A stretch of DNA of 62,496 nt, filler included. It is 8 parts of 8 records of this genome, joined end to end, with 100 filler letters (N's around TTAATTAATTAA, not from the genome) between each part and the next. Parts side by side here need not be neighbours in the genome. Positions count along the whole stretch, not along the records: positions 13,161 to 18,624 come from SRR31147125_115503; positions 18,725 to 26,316 come from SRR31147125_115686; 6 more parts are not named here. One strand, 5' to 3'. A program made the translations under genes and the position numbers. The notes below the pieces were generated by a model. The model had not been told where the DNA came from, did no database searches, and saw only the letters and a program-made list of their open reading frames with translations. Shown piece after piece: positions 13,435 to 25,263 of the stretch (positions are counted from its first letter, which is position 1; every line of letters starts with the position of its first letter).

Positions 13435-15389
13435 ATGAGAATTCTTTTTCTTTGCAAGGATAATTCAGTTTTCAGCCAGATGGCAGAGGGACTTTTAAAA
13501 TCAGAACTCGATAAAAGCGTCGAGGTTTATTCAGTCGGCCTTAAATCGGAAAAAATTCATCCCTGGGTCAAAAATGTGCTTGAAGAAATCAATATCGAAA
13601 CGTCGAATTTGAGATCGAAAACAATCTCGGATCTCAGGCGAACGAGCTTCGATTTGCGAATCACGCTTGGCGAAGAAGAGAGACAAACATTTGAAATTAT
13701 TAACGAATTTTATTTAATCTCGCCCGATGGCAAAGCAACAAAAAATTCCGGCATTCATTCAATCTGGACGCCCTTTTCGCTTTATTGGAAACTGGCCGAT
13801 CCAAGAAAAGCCGAAGGCAGCGAAAGAAAGCAGCTTGGAGCTTTTCGCATACTTCGGGAAGAAATCGATGCAAGATTGAACTCGCTCATTGAAGATGGAT
13901 ATTTCGATACAATTTCCAAGCACAACAACTTTTTGGACAATATTTCCAATCTCATGGAAGACGGACTTGTGGCGCATGATGACAAGCGTCGCATCTTTTC
14001 TTCAACCACGAAATGGAAAAAATCACAGGAATTTCAAGAGACAAGGCACTTGGCATGGATTGCCACGAAGTTTTCAAGCCTGATGGATTGTGCGGCTCTC
14101 AGTGCCGATTTAAAGACGCTCCGCCGGATGAAACTAAGCCAGTCAAATATCAGGTGCCGATTGTCGATATTAAAGGCGAGAACAAAATTCTCGAAGTTTC
14201 CGCCGTGCCGTTTTTCATTGAAAAAAATCGACCTTCCGGCGTGATCGCGATGATAAAAAATGTAACTGAAATCGAGGACTTGCGCCTGAAAACGGACAAG
14301 CGCAACGATTTTCACGGAATAATCGCCGCATCATCCAAAATGAGAGAAATTTTCAACAGCGTGCGCTCGGTCGCCGCTTCGGATTATCCAGTGTTGATTC
14401 TCGGAGAAAGTGGCACAGGAAAAGAATTGACAGCAAGCGCGATTCACAAGGAAAGTCGAAGAAAATCAGGGCCTTTCGTTTCGATCAACTGCGGAGCTTT
14501 GCCTGAAAATATTCTTGAAAGCGAGCTTTTCGGGCATGTGCGAGGAGCTTTTACAGGCGCGATAAAAGACAAAAAAGGCCGCTTTGAACTCGCACACAAA
14601 GGAACTTTGTTTCTTGATGAAGTCGGCGAATTGACTCCGGCTTTTCAGGTGAAATTGCTGCGGGTTTTGCAGGAAGGAATCTTCGAGAAAGTCGGCGGTG
14701 AAAAGTCGATTTCCGTCGATGTACGAATTGTCAGCGCGACAAACCGCAACTTGCTCCAGATGGTCGAAAACGGTCAATTCAGGCAGGATTTGTATTACAG
14801 GCTTTGTGTCGTGCCGATAAATCTGCCGCCTTTGAAAGATCGAAAAGAAGATATTCCCGTGCTTGTCGATGAATTTTTGTCGCTGATAAACAAGGAAAAT
14901 GACAAGCAGATCGACTCGGTTTCAAACGAAGCCATGCGGCTTTTTATGGAGTTTCATTGGCCGGGCAATGTGCGTCAATTGCAAAACAGCCTGCAATTCG
15001 CCTCGATTCGAGCCGAGAAGAGTGTCATTCGTGCGAAGCATCTTCCACCGGAAATCTACAAGCAAATATCGGAAGTAGTTGATAATACAAATGTTTTCGC
15101 TGATTTGCAAGCAAACCAAAAACCTGATTTTATGCAAAAAAGTGCTAACAAAATTACAGGCAACATGCCACATAACTCCAGTTCACGCCCACTTGACAGC
15201 CCAACAAATGCCCCAAAAATAACCAACAAATCCAGACGTTGGCAGAGAAACAAACTTGAGGTTGATTTGGTCAAAAATGCCCTTGCCGAAACAAATGGCA
15301 ACAAGATTGAAGCGTCAAAAATCCTTGGCGTCGGTCGAGCAACTTTATATCGCTTCCTTGCAAAACATCCGGAAATAGAATCGAAATAA
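13435..15389 (+). CDS. Sigma54-dependent enhancer-binding activator with N-terminal ArsC/LMW-PTP-like domain, PAS, AAA+ and Fis-type HTH
   Basis: [18 protein letters not shown] and WKLADP (ArsC fold); [41 protein letters not shown]-terminal [14 protein letters not shown]. ORFs 13402-14244 and 14013-15389 join with one extra T at ~13996-14000 ([10 protein letters not shown]). Confidence 0.88.
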
Positions 15390-15581
15390 TATTTCATTGC
15401 CACTTCAAAGCATATTTTACACAAAAGTACGTCGCTAAAATACTTGTTCTATCAAATCGTTTGGGGTAGTATGTTTTTGAAATTTTCGATTACTTTTGGG
15501 GTTTTACCTGCTTATCGTTTTCAAACGATTTTCGATGCTTATTGAGTAGCGAATAATCTGGTTTATACGAGAGGAAATAAA

Positions 15582-18511
15582 ATGAAAAAGCTGCTTTTTG
15601 CACTGTTTTTGCTATGTTATTCAATAGTTGCATATGCCGATCCGGCGGTGTTTACACTCGAAGCACAAGTTTTCGATTCAACCGATCCTTACGCTTTTTC
15701 CTATAGTGGTGATGTTACTGTTCGTCTTTGCGATGCTGCCACATTCGGTAATTGTGCCTTATGGAATGAAACGATATCAAGTGCAGCAATCGATAATGGA
15801 TTTTTATCATTGCTGCTAGGTGCAACAAACGGAGCAACACTCAAAACCGTACTATCATCAAATGCTGGTTCACAGCTTTATTTGGATGTAACGCTTGACG
15901 ATCATGAATCTGGCTACACATTTCCGAAGCGCATTCCGTTAACCGGCGTGCCTTATGCCATGAGCGCGGAAACTTTGCAAGGAGTCGATCCTAGTGGTTT
16001 CGCAACAGCGACTCACGATCATACAAAAAGCGATATTACCGACTGGCCAACCGAGTTCACACCATCAAGTCACACGCATCCGATGAGCGAAATCAGCGAT
16101 TGGCCAACGATTTTGGACGACAGTAAAATCGCCTGGTCGGAAATCGATACCAAACTAGGAACAGTTTCCGGTAAACAGGCAAATCTGGTGACAGTTGCCG
16201 CAAGCGGTGGAGATTTTACAAGCATTCAATCGGCGATTGATTCGATCACAGATGCAAGCGCAGACAAGCCTTATCTTGTGTTGGTTGCACCGGGCAAAAT
16301 TTCTATCAGTAACAGCATCACCATGAAACCATACGTTCATCTATCCGGTCATGGAATTGGGACAACCATCCTCACTGGAACGACTAATCCGATGATCAAT
16401 ATGGCATCTAATACCACTCTTCGCAATATGAGTATAACCCCTCAACAAGCAGTGACGTACGTTCCGTATCTATATTTGCCGATGTTGATGTTACAGGTAT
16501 GCTTTTTGAAGACCTTGACATCACTCACACTAGCAACGGTACTGAAGGAATTACAATTGACTTTAAGCAGAATAACATATCAACCCTAAGACGAGTAATT
16601 ATAAAAGCAGAAGGTACAGGCGCTGACTCTCAAAGTATTCAGAATTCCTTAGGAGGTTCCACTTTCATTACACTTGAGGATTGCGAGATACACTCTACTT
16701 CCAATACAGTGACAAACAGAGGAATACTCACAAACGATGGAACCACTTTAAAAGCCTATAACACCAAGTTTATCACTACTGGCAGATATGGTGATGCAAT
16801 TATCAATTACGGAACTTCTCTTTTGGAATTTTATAACTGCCACTTTATTACATCTTCATCATGCGTTAAAATAGAAAATGCTGTTGGAGGAAATCCCAAG
16901 GTATCCTGTACAAACTGTATTTGCGAAAACTCAACCATCAGTAATGATCAAAAGACATTTTTTGGGTATTTTTTGACTTTGCAAACGAACTTGACACTTA
17001 CAGGTGGATCTATAGACATTGATGCTACCGGCTCGACTTGTACCGGAGCTTATGGTGTTAGCGATACTGGTACAACTGCTTCAAATATAAACATCAAGGA
17101 TACAAAGATTAACATCAATGGTACAGGCTGTACAACTGTTGCTGGTATCAACGCTGAATATAGCGGCAGTACTGTCAGTCTTGATAATGTGAAGATAACT
17201 GCTGCACATGGAACGAACAGTTATGGAATCAAGACAATAACTGCAGCAAAAGTATCTAATTCCTCAATTCATGCAAGCGGAGGTGCTACACTATCAAGAG
17301 CTTTTCATGTAGATGATGGCTATGTGCAAATTGTGAATTCGGATGTCAAAGTGTCAAACAGTACGGAAGCATACACTTTATTCAACGAAGGTGGCACTGT
17401 TGCTGTCGATACAAGTAGATTTTCTGCTAATGTTCCTACTGCCTCTGATTCCGGTGGAGCAATTATCAACAAGAAAACGTTGAGTGTCTCCAATACTGAT
17501 CTCATAGTAACTGGTTCCGGTAACAGATACGGAGTTTGGGCAAAGACAGGAGCCACAAGCACTAAAGCTACACTTTGCAATATTTCCGCTGCTACAAATA
17601 GTATATTGCAGGAAGACGGAACCTTCAATGTAATTCAGTCGAGATTGTCCGGTCCTGTGAGCGGCACTGTAACGTCTGTTTTGAGTACGATTGAGGGGGA
17701 TAACACTCCATCGACGGCGGAGCTATTGGCAAGGTTGGAAGCTCTGGAAAACACCGATTGTCCCAAAAGCTACACTCGTGATACAACAGGCGATAATGCA
17801 AATTATATTGTATGCAAAAAAGGATCGGATGAAGTCGTTAAGGTCGGTGATTTCTGGATAGATCGCTATGAGGCGAGTATTTGGTCTGGTTCTGATTGTA
17901 CAGGTGATAAAAAAGGAACAACGAGTTCCGATGCTCATGATTATGGATTTTTCCGAAATGGAATGGATGATCCTCCCAACAGCAAAACTTCTGCCGATTT
18001 TGTTCCTATGTATGCTTGTTCACTCAGCGGTCACACACCATCTGAAAGTCTTACGTGGTTTCAGGCACAACGAGCCTGCAATCTTGCAGGAAAGCATTTA
18101 TGCACAAATGCTGAATGGCAAGCGGCAGCATATGGTACACCTGATGACAATACATCCTGTAATACCAATACAGGCTCTTTAGAAGACGGAACTGTTAGAG
18201 CAAATTGTATTTCGGATTATGGTACAGTAAACATGGTTGGAAACACTTTGGAATGGACTGCAAATTGGTATGGCCAAGGTCTTGATGCAGATGATGGAAA
18301 CCAACCAGCCGCAGGAGAGTTTCATGGAGATGATTATATTAATGTAGACCCGGCCCAAAGCAATGGAACTTATACCGAAGGTAATCCTGTCTTTTCAGCA
18401 GTTATGCGTCGTGGTGGAAGTTATAATAATGACTCAGGAGCAGGAGTTTTTGCTACATCTTTATCAAGTGGACCAGCACACAACGCAGGCTTCCGCTGCT
18501 GCATGAGATAG
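15582..18511 (+). CDS. Secreted fibre/adhesin-like protein with HxH repeats, pectin-lyase-like beta-helix and C-terminal FGE-sulfatase/Mtd-like C-type lectin domain
   Basis: RBS GAGG and signal peptide MKKLLFALFLLCYSIVAYA; HDHTKSDITDWP/HTHPMSEISDWP; VTVAASGGDFTSIQSAIDSI; FWIDRYEA, TWFQAQRAC, LCTNAEWQAAA, MVGNTLEW, RGGSY, GFRCC. The two ORFs join by one C in the C4 run at ~16438-16441. Confidence 0.75.
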
Positions 18512-18724
18512 TTTCAATGAGCAATGATTAATTATCAATGGAAGAAAAGAAAAATAGTAACGTGTAGATTGGGAATGTAGAGCGGCAAGATCCTGAATCA
18601 ACAGGATGTGTCGCAATTCGATTTNNNNNNNNNNNNNNNNNNNNNNNNNNNNNNNNNNNNNNNNNNNNTTAATTAATTAANNNNNNNNNNNNNNNNNNNN
18701 NNNNNNNNNNNNNNNNNNNNNNNN

Positions 18725-21492
18725 TTATTCACTATTTATTCCTGATTGTTTTTCTTACAATAATTTCTTCATGCCAAAATCAAAAGATGTATCAGGCTCC
18801 TTATGATTTGAAGATAAGTGAGGGTTTCACAAATCCAATCGGATTTCACGATCAAACCCCTACATTTTCGTGGAAACTTCCGGTAACTAAAAACATCAAA
18901 TCGCAATCGAGCTACCGCATAGTTGTGGCAAGTTCGCCTTCTCTTCTTCCAAATGAACCAGATTTATGGGACAGTAAAGAAGTAAAGTCAGACAAATCTA
19001 TTTGGGTAAAGTATGAAGGACCCGCATTACAATCCAGGCAAAAAGTTTACTGGCAAATAATGTTTTCCGATCAAGCTGGAAACTCATCTGCCTGGAGTGA
19101 AATAGCAGACTTAGAATTAGGACTTTTAAACAATTCCGATTGGCAAGCAAAATGGATTAGTTTAGAACCTGAAGCAAAACCGGACATTTCAGACAAAGGG
19201 CTTATAATCCATCGTCCTGAATACCTTAGAAGGAACTTTGTTGTGAAAGATGAGGTTGAGCAAGCACGTTTATATATTTCTGCAAAAGGATTGTTTGAAG
19301 CACAATTAAACGGTAAAAAAGTAGGTGAAGATGTATTGGTTCCCGGCTTTACACCCTACAAAAAACGCATTGAAACGTTAAGCTACGATGCTACAGAGCT
19401 TTTGCAAAATGATAAAAACACATTGGCCATTCTGCTTGGTGAAGGCTGGTATTCTGGTCGTTTAGCCTGGAGTAAAAATTATTGGATAAAAAAGCCGCGT
19501 CCTCAAGCAATTTGTCAGTTGGAAATAACCTATAAAAATGGCAAGAAAGAAACCATTCTATCAGATGATGAATGGCGTGGTACAAGAAGTGGTCCTATTC
19601 TTTCTTCTGAAATTTACGATGGTGAAGTCTATGATGCAAATTTTGAAATCCCAAATTGGAGCGCACCTGATTTTGACGATTCAAATTGGGAAAAAGTTAA
19701 AACTGCTATCCTCGATTCCGACGTTCAGTTGGCACCCAAAAGTCACCAAGCCGTTAGAAACAAAATTGAGCTTCCTACAATAGAAATTACCAATGACGAT
19801 TCTGGACGGTACATTTTTGATCTGGGTCAAAACATGGTTGGTGTGATGGATTTAAAAATACCTGTGATAAAGGATCAGGTTGTTACAATTCGATTTGCAG
19901 AAATGCTAAACCCCGATGGGAGCATGTATACAGAGAATTACCGAAATGCAGAGTCTACAGATTACTATACACCGAAGGACGACGGTACTATTAGCTATCG
20001 ACCAAAATTTACCTTCCATGGTTTTAGGTATGTAGAATTAACTGGATTTGATGAAAGCAAACAACCCGACAAAAGCTGGGTGACGGGTATCGTTCAACAT
20101 TCTGATTTCAATCAGACCGGAAAATTTAATTCTTCGCACGATAAGCTTAACAAACTTCAACAAAACATAACCTGGGGCTTAAGAGGCAACTTGCTAGACA
20201 TTCCAACAGATTGTCCACAACGTGATGAACGACTGGGTTGGACAGGCGATGTACAGGTTATTGCACCAACGTCTATGTTCAATAGCAACCTTCATGCATT
20301 TTGGTCGAGCTGGTTAAAAAGCGTACGCGAAGAGCAAGCAAATGATGGCAGTATACCTTATGTTGTTCCAAATGTTTTAGTGAAAAATGTAAGTACCGGT
20401 TGGGCCGATGTTGCAACTATTCTTCCTTGGGAAATTTATTTTAGAACCGGAGATATAAAAGTCTTAGAAGACAACTATGATATGATGAAGGGTTTGCTTG
20501 CTTATTACAAATCGAATTCACAAAATCATATTGTTGACGTTTATACTTTTGGTGATTGGCTCCAACCATACCCTAATGAAGATGAACGTAGGGGAGATAC
20601 GCCTAAAGAACTTATTGGAACGGCATACTACGCACGTTCAGTCGATTTAACCATGAAGACTGCAGAAGTTCTCGGAAGAACTCAAGATGTGTCCAGATTA
20701 AGAGCTTTGCGTGATTCTATTCGAACTACATTTGAAACAACATTTATAGATTCTCAGGGCAAACTAACTACTAAATATGAAACACAAACGGGCTACTTAA
20801 TGGCGCTTGGATTTGATTTGGTAACAGCAGAAACAGCGCAAAAAGTTTTGCCTCATTTAATTAGAAAAATTGGAGATGCCGACAATCACCTACGAACAGG
20901 GTTTTTAGGCACCCCCCTTCTTCCTACTGTGTTGGACAAATATGGTTTTACGGATTTGATGTACACAATTCTGTTTAAAGAGACTTACCCATCATGGTTC
21001 TATTCAATCAATCAAGGTGCTACCACCATGTGGGAGAGATGGAATAGCTATAGCCACAAAGATGGATTCGGAGATGCTAGCATGAATTCATTTAACCATT
21101 ACGCTTACGGAGCTATTGGGCAGTGGATGTACGAACGTATTGCAGGAATTAAACCCTTAAAACCGGGTTACAAAGAAATAGAGATAGCACCGCTACCGGG
21201 GGGACCACTTACATCCGCCGAAGCAAGTTACAATACGCCTTATGGTAAAGTGAGTTCAGCCTGGAAAATTAAAAATGGAGTGTTTGAACTAAAAGCTACA
21301 GTGCCACCAAATACAAAGGCAAAGATTGTAATACCGGCTAATACGGATGAAAGCCTTATTTTGAATAGCAATGTTTATTCTGATAATTTGAATGTAAAAC
21401 TATTGAAGAAAAATACAGGTAATTTTGAATTAACAGTAAGGCCAGGTTCTTATGTGTTTGAGTCAAAACTAAATGATTCAATTCTGAATTAA
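18725..21492 (+). CDS. Alpha-L-rhamnosidase, glycoside hydrolase family 78 (probable lipoprotein, 5' truncated)
   Basis: FDLGQNMVG, FTFHGFRYVE, DIPTDCPQRDERLGWTGD, GATTMWERW, MNSFNHYAYGAIG. An in-frame hydrophobic leader ending IISSC lies upstream of the listed Met. Confidence 0.95.
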
Positions 21493-21664
21493 AAATGAAA
21501 AATGTACTCTTGCATATTCTATAAAAAACATTCTGTCGTAAAATATAAAACAGCAGTTTGTAATTGAATCATAAACCATTAATTTCAATGAAAAGAGCAT
21601 ATATTATAAACACAAAAGGCGATATTTAAGCAGCGAGTTACCTGCCTACCGGACAGGAAGGCAT

Positions 21665-22621
21665 ATGATACCTGTGATAACTTACAATTTAAATCATATG
21701 AAAATCAGTTTCATTTTATGCTTTGCGCTTCTAATTTTCAGTCATCAACTTTATGCGCAACAAATAAATAGAGATCAGACTTTTCGTATTGATTCGCACA
21801 TTCATATATATGATACAAATCGTGAAGGCAGTAGTGTTTTTCTCAATCCCAACAAACATCAGAAAATATACTATCCGCATTTAGCTTCTGAATTTCTGGA
21901 GGTAGCATCGCCGGCAGGTGTGGATTATGCAATAGTAGTAGAGGCAAGCAAGCGTAGGGAGGACAACTTCTGGGTAATGCAGAAAGTTAATGAATCAGAC
22001 AATTTACTTGCATTTATTGCCAATCTCGATCCACGTGATTCTACTTTTGTCTCTGATTTAGATGAGCTTTCGAAAAGTGTGAAATTTAGGGGAATTCGTA
22101 TCCGACCAAAAACCGAAATTGACATTTCAAGTCAGGACTTCATCAATAAAATGGGGGAATTGGCAAAACGAAAATTGGTGTTGGAATTGCGGGAGAATTA
22201 TGGTCCAAGAGAGGCAATAGAAAAAATTGCACGCACCTATCCGAGCATGAACATTATAATGAATCACATGGCAGGAGGGCGCATTCAAAATGGGCAAATT
22301 ATTCCGGATACCTGGGATGATAGACTTATGCAATTGGCAGAACTACCTAATTTATATGTGAAAATATCAATGCTCTATACACTTTCCGGAGAATCTCCTG
22401 CTCCTGTAAAACCTGAATTTTATGAAGCATTTATCGATCGGGTGGTTAATGCTTTTGGCCCAAATCGTGTACTTTTTGGAAGCAACTGGACGCTTTCGGA
22501 GATGAAGGGTTCTTACCTGAATCTTATAAATATCTGCGATCGGTATCTTAATAAAAAACAAGACATATCTCCAAATCAATTTTATTCTGAAAATACCATA
22601 AAAGCTTATGGTTTAAAATAA
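21665..22621 (+). CDS. Amidohydrolase_2 family protein (sugar lactonase-like)
   Basis: IDSHIH, IIMNHM, LYVKIS, FGPNRVLFGSNW motifs; N-terminal signal peptide. Confidence 0.85.
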   Translation: MIPVITYNLNHMKISFILCFALLIFSHQLYAQQINRDQTFRIDSHIHIYDTNREGSSVFLNPNKHQKIYYPHLASEFLEVASPAGVDYAIVVEASKRREDNFWVMQKVNESDNLLAFIANLDPRDSTFVSDLDELSKSVKFRGIRIRPKTEIDISSQDFINKMGELAKRKLVLELRENYGPREAIEKIARTYPSMNIIMNHMAGGRIQNGQIIPDTWDDRLMQLAELPNLYVKISMLYTLSGESPAPVKPEFYEAFIDRVVNAFGPNRVLFGSNWTLSEMKGSYLNLINICDRYLNKKQDISPNQFYSENTIKAYGLK

Positions 22622-22651
22622 TCAAGTAACGAATGAGCAAAAAGCAGAATT

Positions 22652-23437
22652 ATGAAACAAATGATAAATAAAAGTATGACCATAGCTGCCCTTTTACAAC
22701 TATCCTTTTTTACTTTATTTTCTCAGCCAAAATTTCCTCAAGCAATATCGGAAGATAAAGAAGGATTTGTATCGATTTTTGATGGCAAAACACTGGATAA
22801 CTGGAAAGGAGATGCTAACTATTGGCACGTTGAAAATGGATGTTTAGTGGGGACGGTTACCCCAGAAACAATCTTAGAAAACAACACTTTTATTGTGTGG
22901 CAAGGTGGACAGCCTGAAGATTTTGAACTTAAACTTGAGTACCGCATTTCAGACTCGGGTAATAGCGGCATAAATTACCGTAGTACCTATTTAGAAGGCA
23001 GACCTTATGCCTTGCGTGGTTATCAATGCGATATTGATGGCAAGAACAGATATACAGGGCAAAATTACGAAGAGAAAAAACGTACAACCTTGGCGTACAA
23101 AGGAGAGAAGGTCATAATATCTACAACCGAGAATCCCGAGGTAACTAAAAACATTCGCAGCAATGTGCTTAAGAATTGTTGGCAAACCAGAGAGGTGGAT
23201 AGTCAATTGGGCGACATCGAGACCTTAAATTCTAAGATTAAAAACAATGATTGGAACCAAGTGCATTTGGTAATTAAGGGAAATAGCTTAAAGCACTATG
23301 TAAATGGAACTTTAATGAGTGATGTGACAGATAATGATACTATTTATAGAACAATAAACGGATATATTGGAGTACAGGTTCACGTAGGTCCTCCTATGAA
23401 GGTCGAGTATAAAAATATCCTGTTAAAAGAATTATAA
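22652..23437 (+). CDS. DUF1080 / 3-keto-disaccharide hydrolase family protein
   Basis: IFDGKTLDNW, DFELKLEY, GNSGINYR, GYQCDI, WNQVHLV, GYIGVQVH, VEYKNI. Confidence 0.9.
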   Translation: MKQMINKSMTIAALLQLSFFTLFSQPKFPQAISEDKEGFVSIFDGKTLDNWKGDANYWHVENGCLVGTVTPETILENNTFIVWQGGQPEDFELKLEYRISDSGNSGINYRSTYLEGRPYALRGYQCDIDGKNRYTGQNYEEKKRTTLAYKGEKVIISTTENPEVTKNIRSNVLKNCWQTREVDSQLGDIETLNSKIKNNDWNQVHLVIKGNSLKHYVNGTLMSDVTDNDTIYRTINGYIGVQVHVGPPMKVEYKNILLKEL

Positions 23438-23699
23438 ACCAATGAAACGAGCATAAATTTTAACTTGTCAAATTCACAAAAGGACATGTTTAAATTGGCT
23501 TAGGCCGATGTTTGATTCATGGCGAGTTTCATCCGTCAGCTGACGGACAGATAATTACATACAATGCGAATCAAGAGTTGAAAATAGTATAAAAAAGTTC
23601 AATTTGGATTTTTAAGGTATATAAGACTAATTATGGTTAATCGTTCATGTTCATTTGCTCCCTCTGGCTTCTCTATTCCTATCTCTTTCTTCAATTAAA

Positions 23700-25186
23700 T
23701 TAATCATACTGTGCCTGGACCTTGTCGAGGAAGGCGGAGTCGAGAAATGGATCTTCGGTCTGCCGGCGCCATTCGAGCAGCGCCTGGGTAAGACGCTCCT
23801 GAACCTCCAAGTGGTCTTCCTGCCCGGCCAGATTGTTGAACTCCCAGGGATCATTCTCCAGGTCATACAATTCGAACTCCGGCGGGTCGGCGTAGATGTC
23901 AAAGGCACGGCGGATGTCAGTACCGTCATACCGGGATTCGAGAGAGAGATCGTAGCCTATATCGCCATCGATACGGATAAAAGGTTTTAGCTCGCCCGCA
24001 CGAAGGTTGTGAACCAGCTTGTAACGGTGATCCCGGATGGCCCGCCGCGGAAAAAGGGAGGACCACCGTGCATATGGAACTCACCGGCCAGGTATTCCCT
24101 CCACTCGGCGTTCAGATCTTTCAGGACCGGCCGCAGCGAGCGGCCCTGCATTTTAACAGCGGGCTCTGCTCCGGTGGCGTCGATCACGGTTGGCAGTATG
24201 TCAACGGTGGAAACCATTGCATCACTTTTCATGGGCCGGGAGACTCCTGGCCAGCGCATCAGGAAGGGAATCCGTAGTCCTGCCTCATAGACGGTTGTCT
24301 TTGCGCGATCGAATGGTGGACCGTGGTCGCCGATAAAGATAATCAGCGTATTGTCAGCATGGCCGTGCTTTTCAAGAATATCCATGAGAAGGCCGACACC
24401 GACGTCCAGGCGCTTCACCTCATTGTAGTATCCGGCGACGCGGGCGCGCTGCTCGGGTGAATCCACGCGCTGAAAGGGCCACAAGGTCTTTTCGCTTGGC
24501 TCCACCAGGGTTTCCGGGACACCGTTATTGCGATCGAGAAAATCGTAGGGACCACGCTTGCCCGTCTTCGGATCCCGTTCCCGATAAGCGTGCGGGTCCA
24601 TGAAGTTGACCATGAGGAAGAAGGGCTGGTCTCCGGACTGGTTAAAGAAGTCGGAGGCATTTTCGGCGACAAGCTTCACATCCCAGGCATCATAGACGTT
24701 CGGCTTGTTGTAATCGAACTGAAACTTATTACCGGGAGCAACATGCAGCTTGCCGATGATGCCGGTGTGATAGCCGGCACGCTTCATAATGTTCGGCATC
24801 ACCGCGTCGTGGAGATGCGGATGCAGGCTGGTCCCGGACCCGGTGAGGCCGTACTGTCTATTGCTGTGCACATAGAGGCCGGTGAGCATGGCACTTCTCG
24901 AGGGACTGCAGGAGGCCTGGGCAATGTAAGCGACGTTGAACTGCGCCCCGCTTGCAGCCAGCCTGTCCATGTTGGGTGTTTCAATGACTGTTTCGCCATA
25001 GGCGCCGAGCTGTAATCCAAGATCGTCGGCGGTAATAAAGAGGACGTTGAGCGGCCCGGATCCGGTATCCTCATCACCCGGAGATACGTCCTTAATAAAA
25101 CTTGTTAGCATAAATGTAAGCGCTCCAGCAATGATTAAAAAGCTGGCACCCAGCAATACGTTTCTGAAATTCTTCATTATTTTCAT
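23700..25186 (-). CDS. Sulfatase (formylglycine-dependent, sulfamidase-like)
   Basis: NVLFITADD, CSPSR signature, GKLHV, GDHG. After a 1-nt indel at ~24050 the frame continues PRRAIRDHRYKLV...ELYDLENDPWEFNNLA...QAQYD*. Confidence 0.92.
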
Positions 25187-25263
25187 ATTAATTAGTTATT
25201 TCATTGCTCATTATGAAGTTCTATTACATAACCCGGTTTCAATGAGAATAAGCTTCTCGTGAA

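Noticed and set aside
18400-18624. A complete diversity-generating retroelement
   Set aside because: No reverse transcriptase, accessory gene or template repeat is seen anywhere in the window; only the target-like fold is present.
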